Assembly (NCBI GenBank): GCA_964246185.1
Contig: CAXTPP010000001.1
Span: 28,968-92,967, forward strand
Length of the DNA: 64,000 nucleotides
Source of the DNA: an uncultured Acetobacteraceae bacterium
GTDB lineage: Bacteria > Pseudomonadota > Alphaproteobacteria > Acetobacterales > Acetobacteraceae
Reading direction: 5' to 3'
Shown here: piece by piece, positions 18,561-27,722 of the stretch
Numbering within the stretch: the stretch's first letter is position 1
Layout: each line of letters begins with the position of its first letter
Notes under the pieces: model-generated
Told to the model about the DNA's origin: nothing
Database searches by the model: none
The model's input: the letters and a program-made list of their open reading frames with translations, nothing else
Position numbers and translations under genes: made by a program

Positions 18561-19118
18561 TCAGGCTGGCCTGGGCAACTGGCCCTGCAACGCCTGCAAC
18601 TGCGCGAGATTGGTGCGCACCAGGGCGTCGCCGCGCCGGGACAGGTCGGCCAGCTTTGGATTGCTGGTCGTTGTGTTCAGGACCACGTACTGGAAGTTCA
18701 GAATGTCCTGATGGCTGGCTATCTGATCGGCGAGGAACGAGCGGTCGAACTCCTGGCCCTGCCCAAGCCGCAGCCGCGCGGCGCGGATGCGCAACCTCGA
18801 CGGCAGCACCGTGGGAGGCTTGATGCCGGACTCGGCCGCGACCGGGCGCAGCTCCGCGTCAAACTGGTTGGCTTCCGCCAACAGCTTGGCCGCGATCGCC
18901 CGCACTTCGGGCGACTTGGCCTGGGTCTGGGCGAGCGTGCACTCGTCGCGGTCGAAGCCAATGATGTCGAAGGCGTTGGTCACGAACTCCAAGTCGCTCC
19001 CGCTCATGTCACCGCTGGGCGAGCTTGCGCTGGCCTGGGTCGTTTGGCAGCCGGCCAGGGCTGCGCTTGCCCCGAGCAGCGGCAGCAGCAAGGCGGCGCG
19101 CCGTGTCGTTGTCGTCAT
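18561..19118 (-). CDS. DUF4142 domain lipoprotein
   Basis: The start was re-picked at MTTTTRRAALLLPLLGASAALAGC (lipobox). Two ferritin-like half repeats are present: ...LAQTQAKSPEVRAIAAKLL... and ...EFDRSFLADQIASHQD.... Confidence 0.75.
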   Translation of the reverse strand: MTTTTRRAALLLPLLGASAALAGCQTTQASASSPSGDMSGSDLEFVTNAFDIIGFDRDECTLAQTQAKSPEVRAIAAKLLAEANQFDAELRPVAAESGIKPPTVLPSRLRIRAARLRLGQGQEFDRSFLADQIASHQDILNFQYVVLNTTTSNPKLADLSRRGDALVRTNLAQLQALQGQLPRPA

Positions 19119-19157
19119 AATTGGTTTTCCCGCTTCCGTAGCCGCACGCACGATACC

Positions 19158-20075
19158 TTAGAAGACGTAGAGGACGCGCGCCGTCGCACCGAAGGCCTGA
19201 TTGAACCCGCCGACGTTGACGAAGTCGTGGTTCAACTCCAGCAGCACCTGCGCCCTGGGCGACACGAACAGCGAGGAGGCGACGCGCAGCCGCTCGAACT
19301 CCGACTTGTTGCCGTTGGGGAAGCCGTTGGTCGTTGCGGTGCCGCCAAGTATGCTCTCCCAGCCGATGGAGCTTTGGAAGGCGCGGGTCCAGTTATAGTT
19401 GAACCAGGCTTGCAGCCGGAAATCCGGGTCCTGCTTGGTGCGCAAGCCGCCTGGGCTGGTGACGTCGCCATAGAACCGGCCATCGAAGCCCAGGTCATAC
19501 GAGAAGTGCTCGCCGATGCCCTGGTCCCAGCCAAGCTGGAAATCCCCAGTCCAGCCCGTGCCGCTCTGGGCGCCCGCCAGGTTGACTGCGGAGTTTTTGT
19601 CGTAGGTGCCCACGGGCGGATAGACGAACCCGGTCACGACGAAGTATTCTTTCTTCGCGACACTGGCGTAGGGCCAGATGAACGCCGACAAGGCCACGTT
19701 GGAGGCCCCGAATGCGCTGCCCAGCCTTGTAGAACCGATATGGCCGTCTGACTCGGAGCCAAAGACCTCGATCGCCTGCACGCCAGCCGGCATGCCAGCG
19801 ATATAGTCGAGATGCACGTAACGGGCGACACCCACGTTGACCTCAAGGCCGCTGCCCTTGATCGTCGGGCCACGGGCGACGTTGAAATTTGTGTCATGCT
19901 GATACTCGTAGTAGCCCAGGACCACGTTGGTGCCGTCCGGAGCCGGCACGAACTCGTTCGGCTCGATCTCCTGCGCCGAGGCGATGGCTACCCCGCCCAC
20001 TGACAGCAACCAGCAGGCAGCTGCGCCGGCAAGCCATCGCCTGAGAGCACGCAGCGCTGTGCCATGATAGTGCAT
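19158..20075 (-). CDS. Outer-membrane beta-barrel 'transporter' (MetA-pathway/phenol-degradation-like family, tentative)
   Basis: The start was re-picked at MHYHGTALRAL. It has a signal peptide ...AIASAQE and ends ...ARVLYVF. Size (~305 aa) and pattern fit Phenol_MetA_deg-type barrels, but the family call is from memory only. Confidence 0.6.
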   Translation of the reverse strand: MHYHGTALRALRRWLAGAAACWLLSVGGVAIASAQEIEPNEFVPAPDGTNVVLGYYEYQHDTNFNVARGPTIKGSGLEVNVGVARYVHLDYIAGMPAGVQAIEVFGSESDGHIGSTRLGSAFGASNVALSAFIWPYASVAKKEYFVVTGFVYPPVGTYDKNSAVNLAGAQSGTGWTGDFQLGWDQGIGEHFSYDLGFDGRFYGDVTSPGGLRTKQDPDFRLQAWFNYNWTRAFQSSIGWESILGGTATTNGFPNGNKSEFERLRVASSLFVSPRAQVLLELNHDFVNVGGFNQAFGATARVLYVF

Positions 20076-20258
20076 GATCACGTCCCTTCTCCACCGGTTA
20101 TCTGCCCGGATCCTTGGATTGAACACTGGCGGGCAAACCTTGTGCCGCCAAGTGAGGAAAGTCGCGGATTTGCGATCGGCTGGAACTGTCACATAAACAG
20201 CACATGTCCAGTGGCCAATTTTGGGCCGCCTAACCAGTGGCAACAGCAGCGGAGGCAC

Positions 20259-21176
20259 ATGCCTGCAAGGATGGGCACAGGGATCGCGGCAGACCTGATC
20301 GCCGTCATCGTGGCCGTGACGGACAATCAGCCGCGGGTGCTCACCCTATCGGGTGGCGCGTTGCCGGCTGGCCCGTTCACCTCCAGCCACCGCTCCCTGC
20401 AATCCGGCGTGCGCGCCTGGGTGGAGGAGCAGACGCACCATCCGCTGGGGTATGTCGAGCAGCTCTACACCTTTGCCGACCGGGATCGGACACCATTTGG
20501 ACCGGAGCAGCAGGTCATCTCGGTCAGCTACCTGGGCCTCACGCGGGAAATGACGGCCTCGGGCGCCGCGAACTGGCGGGGCTGGTACAGCTACTTTCCT
20601 TGGGAGGACCGCAGGAACGGCCTCAGCCTGGACGAAATCCTGCCGCGCCTGGCGGAGTGGGCGCAGCAGGAGGCCGGCGAACAGCGGCTGCAGCGCGAGC
20701 GGCGCATTGCGATCAACTTCGGCGCCGGGCCGCACCCTTGGAACGAGGAGCTTGTGCTGCAGCGTTACGAACTGCTGCATGAGGCCGGGTTGGTGGCGGA
20801 GGCCGGGGATGCGCGCCGCGCCGGGAGCGCTGCCCCCCTGCCCGGGCAGCGCATGGTGCACGACCATCGGCGCATCCTGGCGACCGGCATCGCGCGACTG
20901 CGGGTCAAGATCAAGTATCGTCCCGTGGTGTTCGAGCTGATGCCGGACACCTTCACCCTTTTGCAACTGCAGCGCACCGTCGAGGCGTTGGCCGGGCAGT
21001 TGCTGCATAAACCCAACTTCCGCCGCCTGATCGAGCAACAGGCGCTGGTGGAAGAGACTGGCGAGACGACGACAGACACCGGCGGACGCCCGGCCAAGCT
21101 GTTCCGTTTCCGGCGCGAGGTGCTGCTGGAGCGGGCCGCCGCTGGAAGCAAGTTGCCGCTCGCCCGCGGGCCGTGA
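20259..21176 (+). CDS. nadQ: NadQ/NrtR-type Nudix-related transcriptional regulator of NAD biosynthesis
   Basis: It has an N-terminal Nudix-like fold (LIAVIVAVTDNQPRVL...VRAWVEEQTHHPLGYVEQLYTF) and a C-terminal winged helix (FTLLQLQRTVEALAGQLLHKPNFRRLIE). It lies directly upstream of nadABC. The start is ATG 20259 or 20271. Confidence 0.75.
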   Translation: MPARMGTGIAADLIAVIVAVTDNQPRVLTLSGGALPAGPFTSSHRSLQSGVRAWVEEQTHHPLGYVEQLYTFADRDRTPFGPEQQVISVSYLGLTREMTASGAANWRGWYSYFPWEDRRNGLSLDEILPRLAEWAQQEAGEQRLQRERRIAINFGAGPHPWNEELVLQRYELLHEAGLVAEAGDARRAGSAAPLPGQRMVHDHRRILATGIARLRVKIKYRPVVFELMPDTFTLLQLQRTVEALAGQLLHKPNFRRLIEQQALVEETGETTTDTGGRPAKLFRFRREVLLERAAAGSKLPLARGP

Positions 21177-21195
21177 AGGCTGGTGCCATGAAGGC

Positions 21196-21226
21196 TTGAC
21201 TCTCTAATACTCAGCCTTAGTATAAC
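21196..21226 (+). promoter_or_regulatory. Candidate sigma70-type promoter of nadABC overlapped by operator-like palindrome 1
   Basis: TTGACT lies at 21196-21201, followed 16-19 nt later by TAGTAT/TATAAC. Palindrome TAATACTCAG-C-CTTAGTATAA spans 21205-21225. Confidence 0.45.
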
Positions 21227-21266
21227 AGGATGCCTATGGCGGTTGGATGCAACGTCTGGCATGGAC

Positions 21267-21289
21267 TATATACTCTAACTGAGTTTATT
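21267..21289 (+). promoter_or_regulatory. Operator-like palindrome 2 just upstream of the nadA start
   Basis: tATATACTC-taact-GAGTTTATt has the same ATACTC-N5-(G/T)AGT spacing as palindrome 1 and lies 9 nt before the nadA ATG. Confidence 0.45.
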
Positions 21290-21297
21290 GGTGGGCT

Positions 21298-22278
21298 ATG
21301 ATCGAAGCTTCTGTCCTCGAACGCACTGCCCCGCTCTATGAGCGCGTCCGGCGCGTCGTGCCGCCGATCGAGTGGCCGTTCTTCGCATCCGACGTGGACG
21401 CCATCCTGCGCCTCAAGCAGGAGCGCCGGGCGGTGATCCTGGCGCATAACTACCAGACGCCCGAAATCTTCCACTGCGTCGCCGACATCGTCGGCGACAG
21501 CCTGGCGCTGGCCCGCCGCGCCATCGACGTGGACGCGGACGTGATCGTGCTGGCCGGCGTCCATTTCATGGCCGAAACCGCCAAGCTGCTGAACCCCGGC
21601 CGTACCGTGCTGATCCCGGACGCCAGGGCCGGCTGCTCCCTGGCCGAGTCGATCACAGCGGCGGATGTGCGGGCGCTGCGGCTGCGGCATCCCGGCGTGC
21701 CCGTGGTCACCTACGTCAACACCTCGGCCGCGGTGAAGGCGGAAAGCGACATCTGCTGCACTTCCGGCAACGCGCGCCGGGTGGTGGAGAGCCTCGGCGT
21801 GCCGCGCGTCATCATGATCCCCGACGAGTACCTGGCGCAGAACATCGCCCGCGAGACGGGGGTGGAGATCATCAGCTGGGCCGGGCATTGCGAGGTGCAC
21901 CAGCGATTCACGCCGGGCGAAATCCGCGGCCTGCGCGAGGCGCACCCGGGCGTCACCGTCTTCACCCATCCAGAATGCCCGCCAGACGTGGTGGCGGAGG
22001 CCGACCTGTCCGGTTCGACCGCCATGATGGAGGAATACGTCCAGCGCCACGCCCCCAAGCAGATCGTGCTCGTGACGGAGTGCTCCATGAGCGACAACCT
22101 GGCGGTGCGCCACCCGGAGGTGGACTTCATCCGGCCCTGCAACCTGTGCCCGCACATGAAGCGCATCACCCTGGCCAACATCCGCCACGCGCTGGAAACC
22201 ATGACGGAGGAGGTCACCATCGACCCGGCCATCGCTGGGCGGGCGCGGCTGTCCGTCGAAAGGATGCTTGCACTGTGA
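21298..22278 (+). CDS. nadA: Quinolinate synthase
   Basis: 326 aa with ...[11 protein letters not shown]...[11 protein letters not shown]...CSMSDN... Confidence 0.93.
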   Translation: MIEASVLERTAPLYERVRRVVPPIEWPFFASDVDAILRLKQERRAVILAHNYQTPEIFHCVADIVGDSLALARRAIDVDADVIVLAGVHFMAETAKLLNPGRTVLIPDARAGCSLAESITAADVRALRLRHPGVPVVTYVNTSAAVKAESDICCTSGNARRVVESLGVPRVIMIPDEYLAQNIARETGVEIISWAGHCEVHQRFTPGEIRGLREAHPGVTVFTHPECPPDVVAEADLSGSTAMMEEYVQRHAPKQIVLVTECSMSDNLAVRHPEVDFIRPCNLCPHMKRITLANIRHALETMTEEVTIDPAIAGRARLSVERMLAL

Positions 22279-23798
22279 ACCAGATTCTGAGCCATGACCC
22301 GGTGCTGGTCGTGGGCGCCGGCCTCGCTGGCCTGCTGACGGCGCTGCACCTCGCGCCGCAGCCGGTCACGCTGCTGACAGCCGGAACGCTCGGCGCGCTG
22401 TCCTCCAGCGCCTGGGCGCAGGGCGGCATCGCCGCTGCCGTGGGCGACGGCGACGATGCGGCCCTGCAGCTCGCGGACACGCTGGCCGCCGGCGCGGGCC
22501 TGTGCGACGCAGCCGCCGCCCGCCGCATCGTTGACGCCGGCCCGGACGTGATCGACGTGCTCACCCGCTACGGGGTCCGGTTCGACCGTGACGCTGGCGG
22601 GGCGTTGCAACTCGGCCTTGAAGCCGCGCACAGCCGCCGCCGCATCGTCCACGCGATGGGCGACGGCACCGGCCGCGAGATCGTGCGCGCCCTGGTCGCC
22701 GCCGTGGCCGGCACGCCGTCCATCACCGTGCTGGAGGGCGTGGCCGCCCGCCGCCTGATCGTCGCCGGTGGCCGCGTGTGCGGCGTGCTGGCGCAACGCA
22801 GGACGGAGCGCGGCGTCGAGACGGTGCGGCTGCCCGCATCCCGCGTGGTGATCGCCACCGGGGGCATCGGCGGCCTGTTCCGTCACACCACCAACCCGGT
22901 GGGCGCGTGGGGCGCCGGCCTCGCCATGGCGGCGCACGCCGGCGCGGCGCTGCGGGGCATGGAGTTCGTGCAGTTCCATCCCACCGCGCTCGACATCGGC
23001 CGCGACCCGATGCCGCTGGTGAGCGAGGCGGTGCGCGGCGAGGGCGCCACTCTGATCGACGGCGACGGCGCGCCCGTCATGGCCGGGTTCGCCCGCGGCG
23101 ACCTCGAACCGCGGGACGTGGTCTCACGCGAGGTCTGGCGCGTGCTGGCGGGCGGCGGCTCCGTCAGGCTGGACGCGACCCGCATCGCAGGTTTCGTCGA
23201 CCATTTCCCGGCCATCGACCGCACCTGCCGCGCCGCCGGCATCGACCCGGCGCTGCAGCCCATCCCGGTCCGCCCGGCCGCGCACTACCACATGGGCGGC
23301 ATCGCGGTGGATGGGCGCGGGCGCAGCACCCTGCCCGGCCTGTGGGCTTGCGGCGAGGCGTCCTGCACCGGGCTGCACGGGGCGAACCGGCTGGCCAGCA
23401 ACTCGCTGCTGGAAGCCGCGGCGTGCGCCCGCTTCGTGGCCGAAGACATCGGCGGCAGCCTGGCTCAAGCGCAGGCAACCCTGCCAGGGGTCTTGCCGCC
23501 AGCGCCCGACGCGACGGCGGTGCGCCCGATCGTGTCGCGCCACCTCGGCGTGCTGCGGGACGAGGGCGGCCTCGCGTCCGCCGTGCGCTCCCTGCTGCCG
23601 ATGGCCGCCACGTCCGACCCGGCGCTGGTAGGCTTGCTGGTGGCGGTGGCAGCCCTGCGCCGCCCCGGCCGCGTCGGCAGCCACTGGCGCACGGACGGCG
23701 ACGCTGCCAGCCCCCTGGAGATGCCGGCGATGACGCTGGACGACGCACTGGCCCAGGCCTGGGAGCTATCGCAGTCCGACTTCGCCAGGAGCGCCTGA
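22275..23798 (+). CDS. nadB: L-aspartate oxidase
   Basis: The GTG start overlaps the nadA stop (GTGA). [24 protein letters not shown] (FAD fold) ...[12 protein letters not shown]...[15 protein letters not shown]. Confidence 0.92.
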   Translation: MNQILSHDPVLVVGAGLAGLLTALHLAPQPVTLLTAGTLGALSSSAWAQGGIAAAVGDGDDAALQLADTLAAGAGLCDAAAARRIVDAGPDVIDVLTRYGVRFDRDAGGALQLGLEAAHSRRRIVHAMGDGTGREIVRALVAAVAGTPSITVLEGVAARRLIVAGGRVCGVLAQRRTERGVETVRLPASRVVIATGGIGGLFRHTTNPVGAWGAGLAMAAHAGAALRGMEFVQFHPTALDIGRDPMPLVSEAVRGEGATLIDGDGAPVMAGFARGDLEPRDVVSREVWRVLAGGGSVRLDATRIAGFVDHFPAIDRTCRAAGIDPALQPIPVRPAAHYHMGGIAVDGRGRSTLPGLWACGEASCTGLHGANRLASNSLLEAAACARFVAEDIGGSLAQAQATLPGVLPPAPDATAVRPIVSRHLGVLRDEGGLASAVRSLLPMAATSDPALVGLLVAVAALRRPGRVGSHWRTDGDAASPLEMPAMTLDDALAQAWELSQSDFARSA

Positions 23799-23801
23799 GC
23801 C

Positions 23802-24665
23802 GTGCCGCTTCGCCCCATGCCCACCGTCATGCTGGAGCCGATGGTCCGCGCGGCGCTGCTGGAGGACCTCGGGCGCGCCGGGGACCTGACCACGGACGCC
23901 ATCGTGCCGCCGGGTTTGCAGGCGGCGACGGCCCTCGTCGCGCGGCAGCCCGGCATCGTCGCGGGCCTGGACCTGGCGGCGCTTGCCTTCCACCTCATTG
24001 CGCCGGACATCACGATGGAGGTGCAGCGTCCGGATGGCGCGCGGCTGGCGGCGGGCGACACCATCGCCACCGTGCAAGGGCCTGCCGCGGGCATCCTGAC
24101 GGCGGAGCGGGTGGCGCTGAACTTTCTGTGCCACCTGAGCGGCATCGCCTCCGCCACCGCCTCGGTCGTAAACGCCCTGGCCGGCACGGGCGCCCGCGTC
24201 ACCTGCACCCGCAAGACCACGCCGGGCCTGCGCGCGGTGGATAAGCATGCCGTGCGCGCCGGCGGCGGCAGCAACCACCGCTTCGGCCTGGATGACGCCG
24301 TGCTGATCAAGGACAACCACGTGGCCATCGCAGGCGACGTCCGCACGGCGTTGGCACGGGCGCGGGCGCATGTCGGCCACCTGGTCAAGATCGAGCTGGA
24401 AGTGGACACGCTGGCCCAGCTGGAGGAGGCGCTATCCGTCGGCGTGGACGCCGTGCTGCTCGACAACATGGACGTGCCGACGCTGCGGCGTGCGGTGGCG
24501 ATGGTGGCTGGGCGCGCCATCACGGAGGCGTCCGGCCGCATCACGCCGCAGACCGCGCCGGAGATCGCAGCGACCGGGGTGGACCTGATCTCCATCGGCT
24601 GGCTGACCCATAGCGCGGGGGTGCTGGACATCGGGCTGGATTATCGCGGCAGTTTGGCGGCGTGA
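23802..24665 (+). CDS. nadC: Nicotinate-nucleotide pyrophosphorylase (carboxylating)
   Basis: 287 aa with ...[19 protein letters not shown]...TRKTTPGLR...[15 protein letters not shown]... Confidence 0.92.
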   Translation: MPLRPMPTVMLEPMVRAALLEDLGRAGDLTTDAIVPPGLQAATALVARQPGIVAGLDLAALAFHLIAPDITMEVQRPDGARLAAGDTIATVQGPAAGILTAERVALNFLCHLSGIASATASVVNALAGTGARVTCTRKTTPGLRAVDKHAVRAGGGSNHRFGLDDAVLIKDNHVAIAGDVRTALARARAHVGHLVKIELEVDTLAQLEEALSVGVDAVLLDNMDVPTLRRAVAMVAGRAITEASGRITPQTAPEIAATGVDLISIGWLTHSAGVLDIGLDYRGSLAA

Positions 24666-24850
24666 CCGAGTTCGAGCGTGGCTGGACCGCCGCCCTGCTG
24701 GCCGCGCAGGCCTGGCACGAGTCCAAGGCCAAGCAAATCCTGGTCCAAGCCAAGCGCACCCGGTTTCCGAAGAACCTGGAGCAGCAGGCCGAAACCCACC
24801 GCCACTCCGCCGAAGTGCTGCCGACCCTTACCCACGAGGCTGCCGATTGA
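24662..24850 (+). CDS. Hypothetical 62-aa protein, translationally coupled to nadC
   Basis: The GTG overlaps the nadC stop (GTGA). GC3 is high. Sequence: [62 protein letters not shown]. Confidence 0.45.
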   Translation: MTEFERGWTAALLAAQAWHESKAKQILVQAKRTRFPKNLEQQAETHRHSAEVLPTLTHEAAD

Positions 24851-24931
24851 GCGCCATGTAGAAGTGTAGCCACAGCCTTACTTTACAGCACGGAGCCTCG
24901 GTGTTAGGGCCGCGGCAGCAGTGAACAAGGC

Positions 24932-26323
24932 ATGATGCGAGCAATTTGGCAGGCGGGCGGCGTCGCCTTGGTTCTGCTTGCCATGCTCTGCCAGGCGCAC
25001 GCCCAGCGGGGTGCGCCGACCCCCACGGAGGGCAATTCGCCTTCCGCCGCCGAGCCGGACGTGGTGGGCGAGGCCTCGGCGGCTCCGGAGCAGTGGGCGA
25101 TTCACGGTCAATCGACCTTCGTCACCCAGTTCCACCCGGCGTTCGCCTCGCCCTACCGCGGCGCCAACAGCCTTGACCCGGGCCGCCGCGGCGACGAGAC
25201 GTTCGATCTCACGCTCTATGGCGGCGTGCGGCCATGGCATGGCGGGGAAGTCTGGGTCAATTTCGAGGTGGACCAGGGATTCGGCCTCAGCAACACGCTG
25301 GGCGTGGCCGGGTTTCCCAGTGGCGAGGCCTACAAGAGCGGCCAGGCTGACCCCTACGTGCGGCTGCCGCGCGTGTTCCTACGCCAGACGATCGGCCTCG
25401 GCGGCAACAGGGAGCGCGTGGAGCCGGACCTGAACCAGCTGGGCGGCTCGCAGGCGCTCGACCGCGTGGTGCTCACGGTGGGCAAGTTTGCGGTCACCGA
25501 CGTGTTCGACACCAACAAGTACGCCCATGACCCACGCAACGACTTCCTCAACTGGTCGGTGGCCGACATGGGCGCGTTCGACTATGCGGCGGACGCCTGG
25601 GGCTACTCCTATGGCGCTGCGTCCGAATGGTACCAAGGCCGCTGGACCGCGCGCGGCGGCGCGTTCGTGCTGTCCAGGGTGCCGAACGGCAAGGCGCTCG
25701 ATACCAGCTTCAGCCAAGTGCAGTTCCTGGCCGAACTGGAGGAGCGCCACACGCTGCTCGGTCAGCCCGGCAAGCTCAAGCTGCTGGGCTTCGACTCGCG
25801 CGGGCGGCTCGGCAAATACGCGGATGCCACGGCCATCGCGCTCGCCAGCGGGCAGCCGGCCGACATCGCGGCCGTCCGCCGCTACCGCAGCAAGGCTGGC
25901 GGCGGGCTGAACCTGGAGCAGCAGGTGGCGGACGGCATCGGCGTGTTCGCCCGTGCCAGCCTCTCGGAAGGCGGCATCGAAGCCGACGAGTTCACCGACA
26001 TCAGCCGGAGCCTGTCGTTCGGCGTCTCGGCCGCGGGAGACCGCTGGGGACGGCCAGGTGACACCACGGGGCTCGCGATGGCAATCAACGACATCACCCG
26101 CACGGCGCAGAACTACTTCAACGCCGGCGGCCTCGGCGTGCTGATCGGCGATGGCAGGCTGCCGAACCGGCGGCCGGAGACGATCGTGGAAACCTACTAC
26201 AGCCTGGCCACGACCCGTTTCGCACGGGTTTCGGCGGACTACCAGTTCATCAGCAACCCGGCCTACAACCCGGACCGCGGCCCGGTGTCCGTGTTCGGGG
26301 TCCGGCTGCACGGCCAATTCTGA
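24932..26323 (+). CDS. oprB: OprB-family carbohydrate-selective porin
   Basis: 463 aa with a signal peptide, then ...FVTQFHPAFASPYRGANSLDPGRRGDETFDLTLYGG...WVNFEVDQGFGLSNTLG.... It ends ...VRLHGQF. Confidence 0.85.
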   Translation: MMRAIWQAGGVALVLLAMLCQAHAQRGAPTPTEGNSPSAAEPDVVGEASAAPEQWAIHGQSTFVTQFHPAFASPYRGANSLDPGRRGDETFDLTLYGGVRPWHGGEVWVNFEVDQGFGLSNTLGVAGFPSGEAYKSGQADPYVRLPRVFLRQTIGLGGNRERVEPDLNQLGGSQALDRVVLTVGKFAVTDVFDTNKYAHDPRNDFLNWSVADMGAFDYAADAWGYSYGAASEWYQGRWTARGGAFVLSRVPNGKALDTSFSQVQFLAELEERHTLLGQPGKLKLLGFDSRGRLGKYADATAIALASGQPADIAAVRRYRSKAGGGLNLEQQVADGIGVFARASLSEGGIEADEFTDISRSLSFGVSAAGDRWGRPGDTTGLAMAINDITRTAQNYFNAGGLGVLIGDGRLPNRRPETIVETYYSLATTRFARVSADYQFISNPAYNPDRGPVSVFGVRLHGQF

Positions 26324-26342
26324 ACGCTGCAAGTTCTGGGCG

Positions 26343-26777
26343 CTACGGGCGCAAATAGGTCCAGCCTTGCTCCTGCAGCTCGCTGAGCCGCACCACGCCG
26401 GCCGGCACGATGCGCGCTTCCGGCATCAGCACGACTTCCCTGCTCTCGGCCTTGCTCATCGCTTGCAGGGTGTTGTTGCAGCCGGACAGCACCAGCGCCG
26501 GGTGCGCGGCGTGCTCGGCGGCCAGCCGCTCCCTCACCGGCGACGTGTCCTTGCGCAGCATCGTGAGCCCAGGCCCAAAGGCCACCAGCTCGATCTCCAC
26601 CGGCTCGCCCCGGGTGGCGTAGTAGGCGTACATGTTGTCGATGTTGTTCAGCACCCCATTCATCTTCTCCGGAGCGGCCTCGTCCATTTGGAACGCGACG
26701 TGATGGCCGTGGGCCGGTTCGGCTGCCGCGGCGGGCAGCGCTAGGCAGGCCGACATGGCGATCAGGCGCAAGCGCAT
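26343..26777 (-). CDS. DsrE/DsrF-like family protein with signal peptide
   Basis: The start was re-picked at MRLRLIAMSACLALPAAAAEP. ...VEIELVAFGPGLTMLRKD...LSGCNNTLQAMSK... is a COG1416-type pattern. 144 aa. Confidence 0.65.
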   Translation of the reverse strand: MRLRLIAMSACLALPAAAAEPAHGHHVAFQMDEAAPEKMNGVLNNIDNMYAYYATRGEPVEIELVAFGPGLTMLRKDTSPVRERLAAEHAAHPALVLSGCNNTLQAMSKAESREVVLMPEARIVPAGVVRLSELQEQGWTYLRP

Positions 26778-26794
26778 GAGTTGGCTCCTAAAGG

Positions 26795-27673
26795 TCAGAA
26801 GAACGACTCGAAATGTCCGATGACTTCGCCGGGCGCTTCCTCCGCCAGGTAGTGCCCGCTCTGCACGCCGGCGCCAACCACTTCCGCCGCGCAGTACTCG
26901 CGCCAGATGGCTACCGGGTCGTACCAGCCGCCGACCTTGCCGTTCTTGCCCCATAGCGCGAGCATCGGGCATTGCACCTGGCGGCCCTCGGCGCGGCTCA
27001 TGCGGTCGTGCACCAGGTCGATGGTGCAGGCGGCGCGGTAGTCCTCGCACATGCCGATGATCGCCGCCGGGTCGTTCGCAGCGGCCAGGTAGTCGGCCAG
27101 CGCCTCGGGCGCGAAGAACGGCGGGATGCCGGCGCCGTGTCCGGTGTGGGCGGCGAACCAGGTGCCGGGCGACTTGTCGATCAGGTCCTCGGGAAACGGG
27201 TGCGGCTGGGCGAACCAGAACCAATGGTAGTAGCCGAGCGCGAAGGACATGTCCGCCCGCTCGAAATGCTCGATGGTCGGCACGATGTCCAGCACGGCCA
27301 GCTTGGTGACCCGGTCCGGGTGGTCCAGCGCCAGCCGGTGCGCCACCCGCGCGCCGCGGTCATGCGCACCGACGGCGTAGGCCGCGTGGCCGAGCTGGCC
27401 CATCAGGTCCGCCAAATCCCGCGCCATGGCGGTCTTGGCGTAGGGCGCGTGGTCCGGGGTCGCGGGCGGCTTCTGGCTGCCGCCGTAGCCGCGCAAATCC
27501 GGGCAGACCACGGTGAAGCGCCGGGCCAGCGCGGGGGCGACGTGGTGCCACATGCAATGCGTCTGCGGGTTGCCGTGCAGCAGCAGCAGGGCGGGTCCTG
27601 CGCCGCCGGTGCGGTATCGCACGACGCCGCCGGGCACGGTGGCGGTGGCCAGGGTGAAACCGGGAAAGAACAT
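26795..27673 (-). CDS. Alpha/beta hydrolase, haloacetate (fluoroacetate) dehalogenase/epoxide hydrolase-like
   Basis: 292 aa: LLLLHGNPQTHCMWHHVAPALARRFTVVCPDLRGYGGS...VGAHDRGARVAHRLALDHPDRV...YYHWFWF. Confidence 0.8.
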   Translation of the reverse strand: MFFPGFTLATATVPGGVVRYRTGGAGPALLLLHGNPQTHCMWHHVAPALARRFTVVCPDLRGYGGSQKPPATPDHAPYAKTAMARDLADLMGQLGHAAYAVGAHDRGARVAHRLALDHPDRVTKLAVLDIVPTIEHFERADMSFALGYYHWFWFAQPHPFPEDLIDKSPGTWFAAHTGHGAGIPPFFAPEALADYLAAANDPAAIIGMCEDYRAACTIDLVHDRMSRAEGRQVQCPMLALWGKNGKVGGWYDPVAIWREYCAAEVVGAGVQSGHYLAEEAPGEVIGHFESFF

Positions 27674-27722
27674 GCCACCTCCTGCGCTGGGCAGGGTGGC
27701 CTATGCAAGGCGAGTGCGGCGG

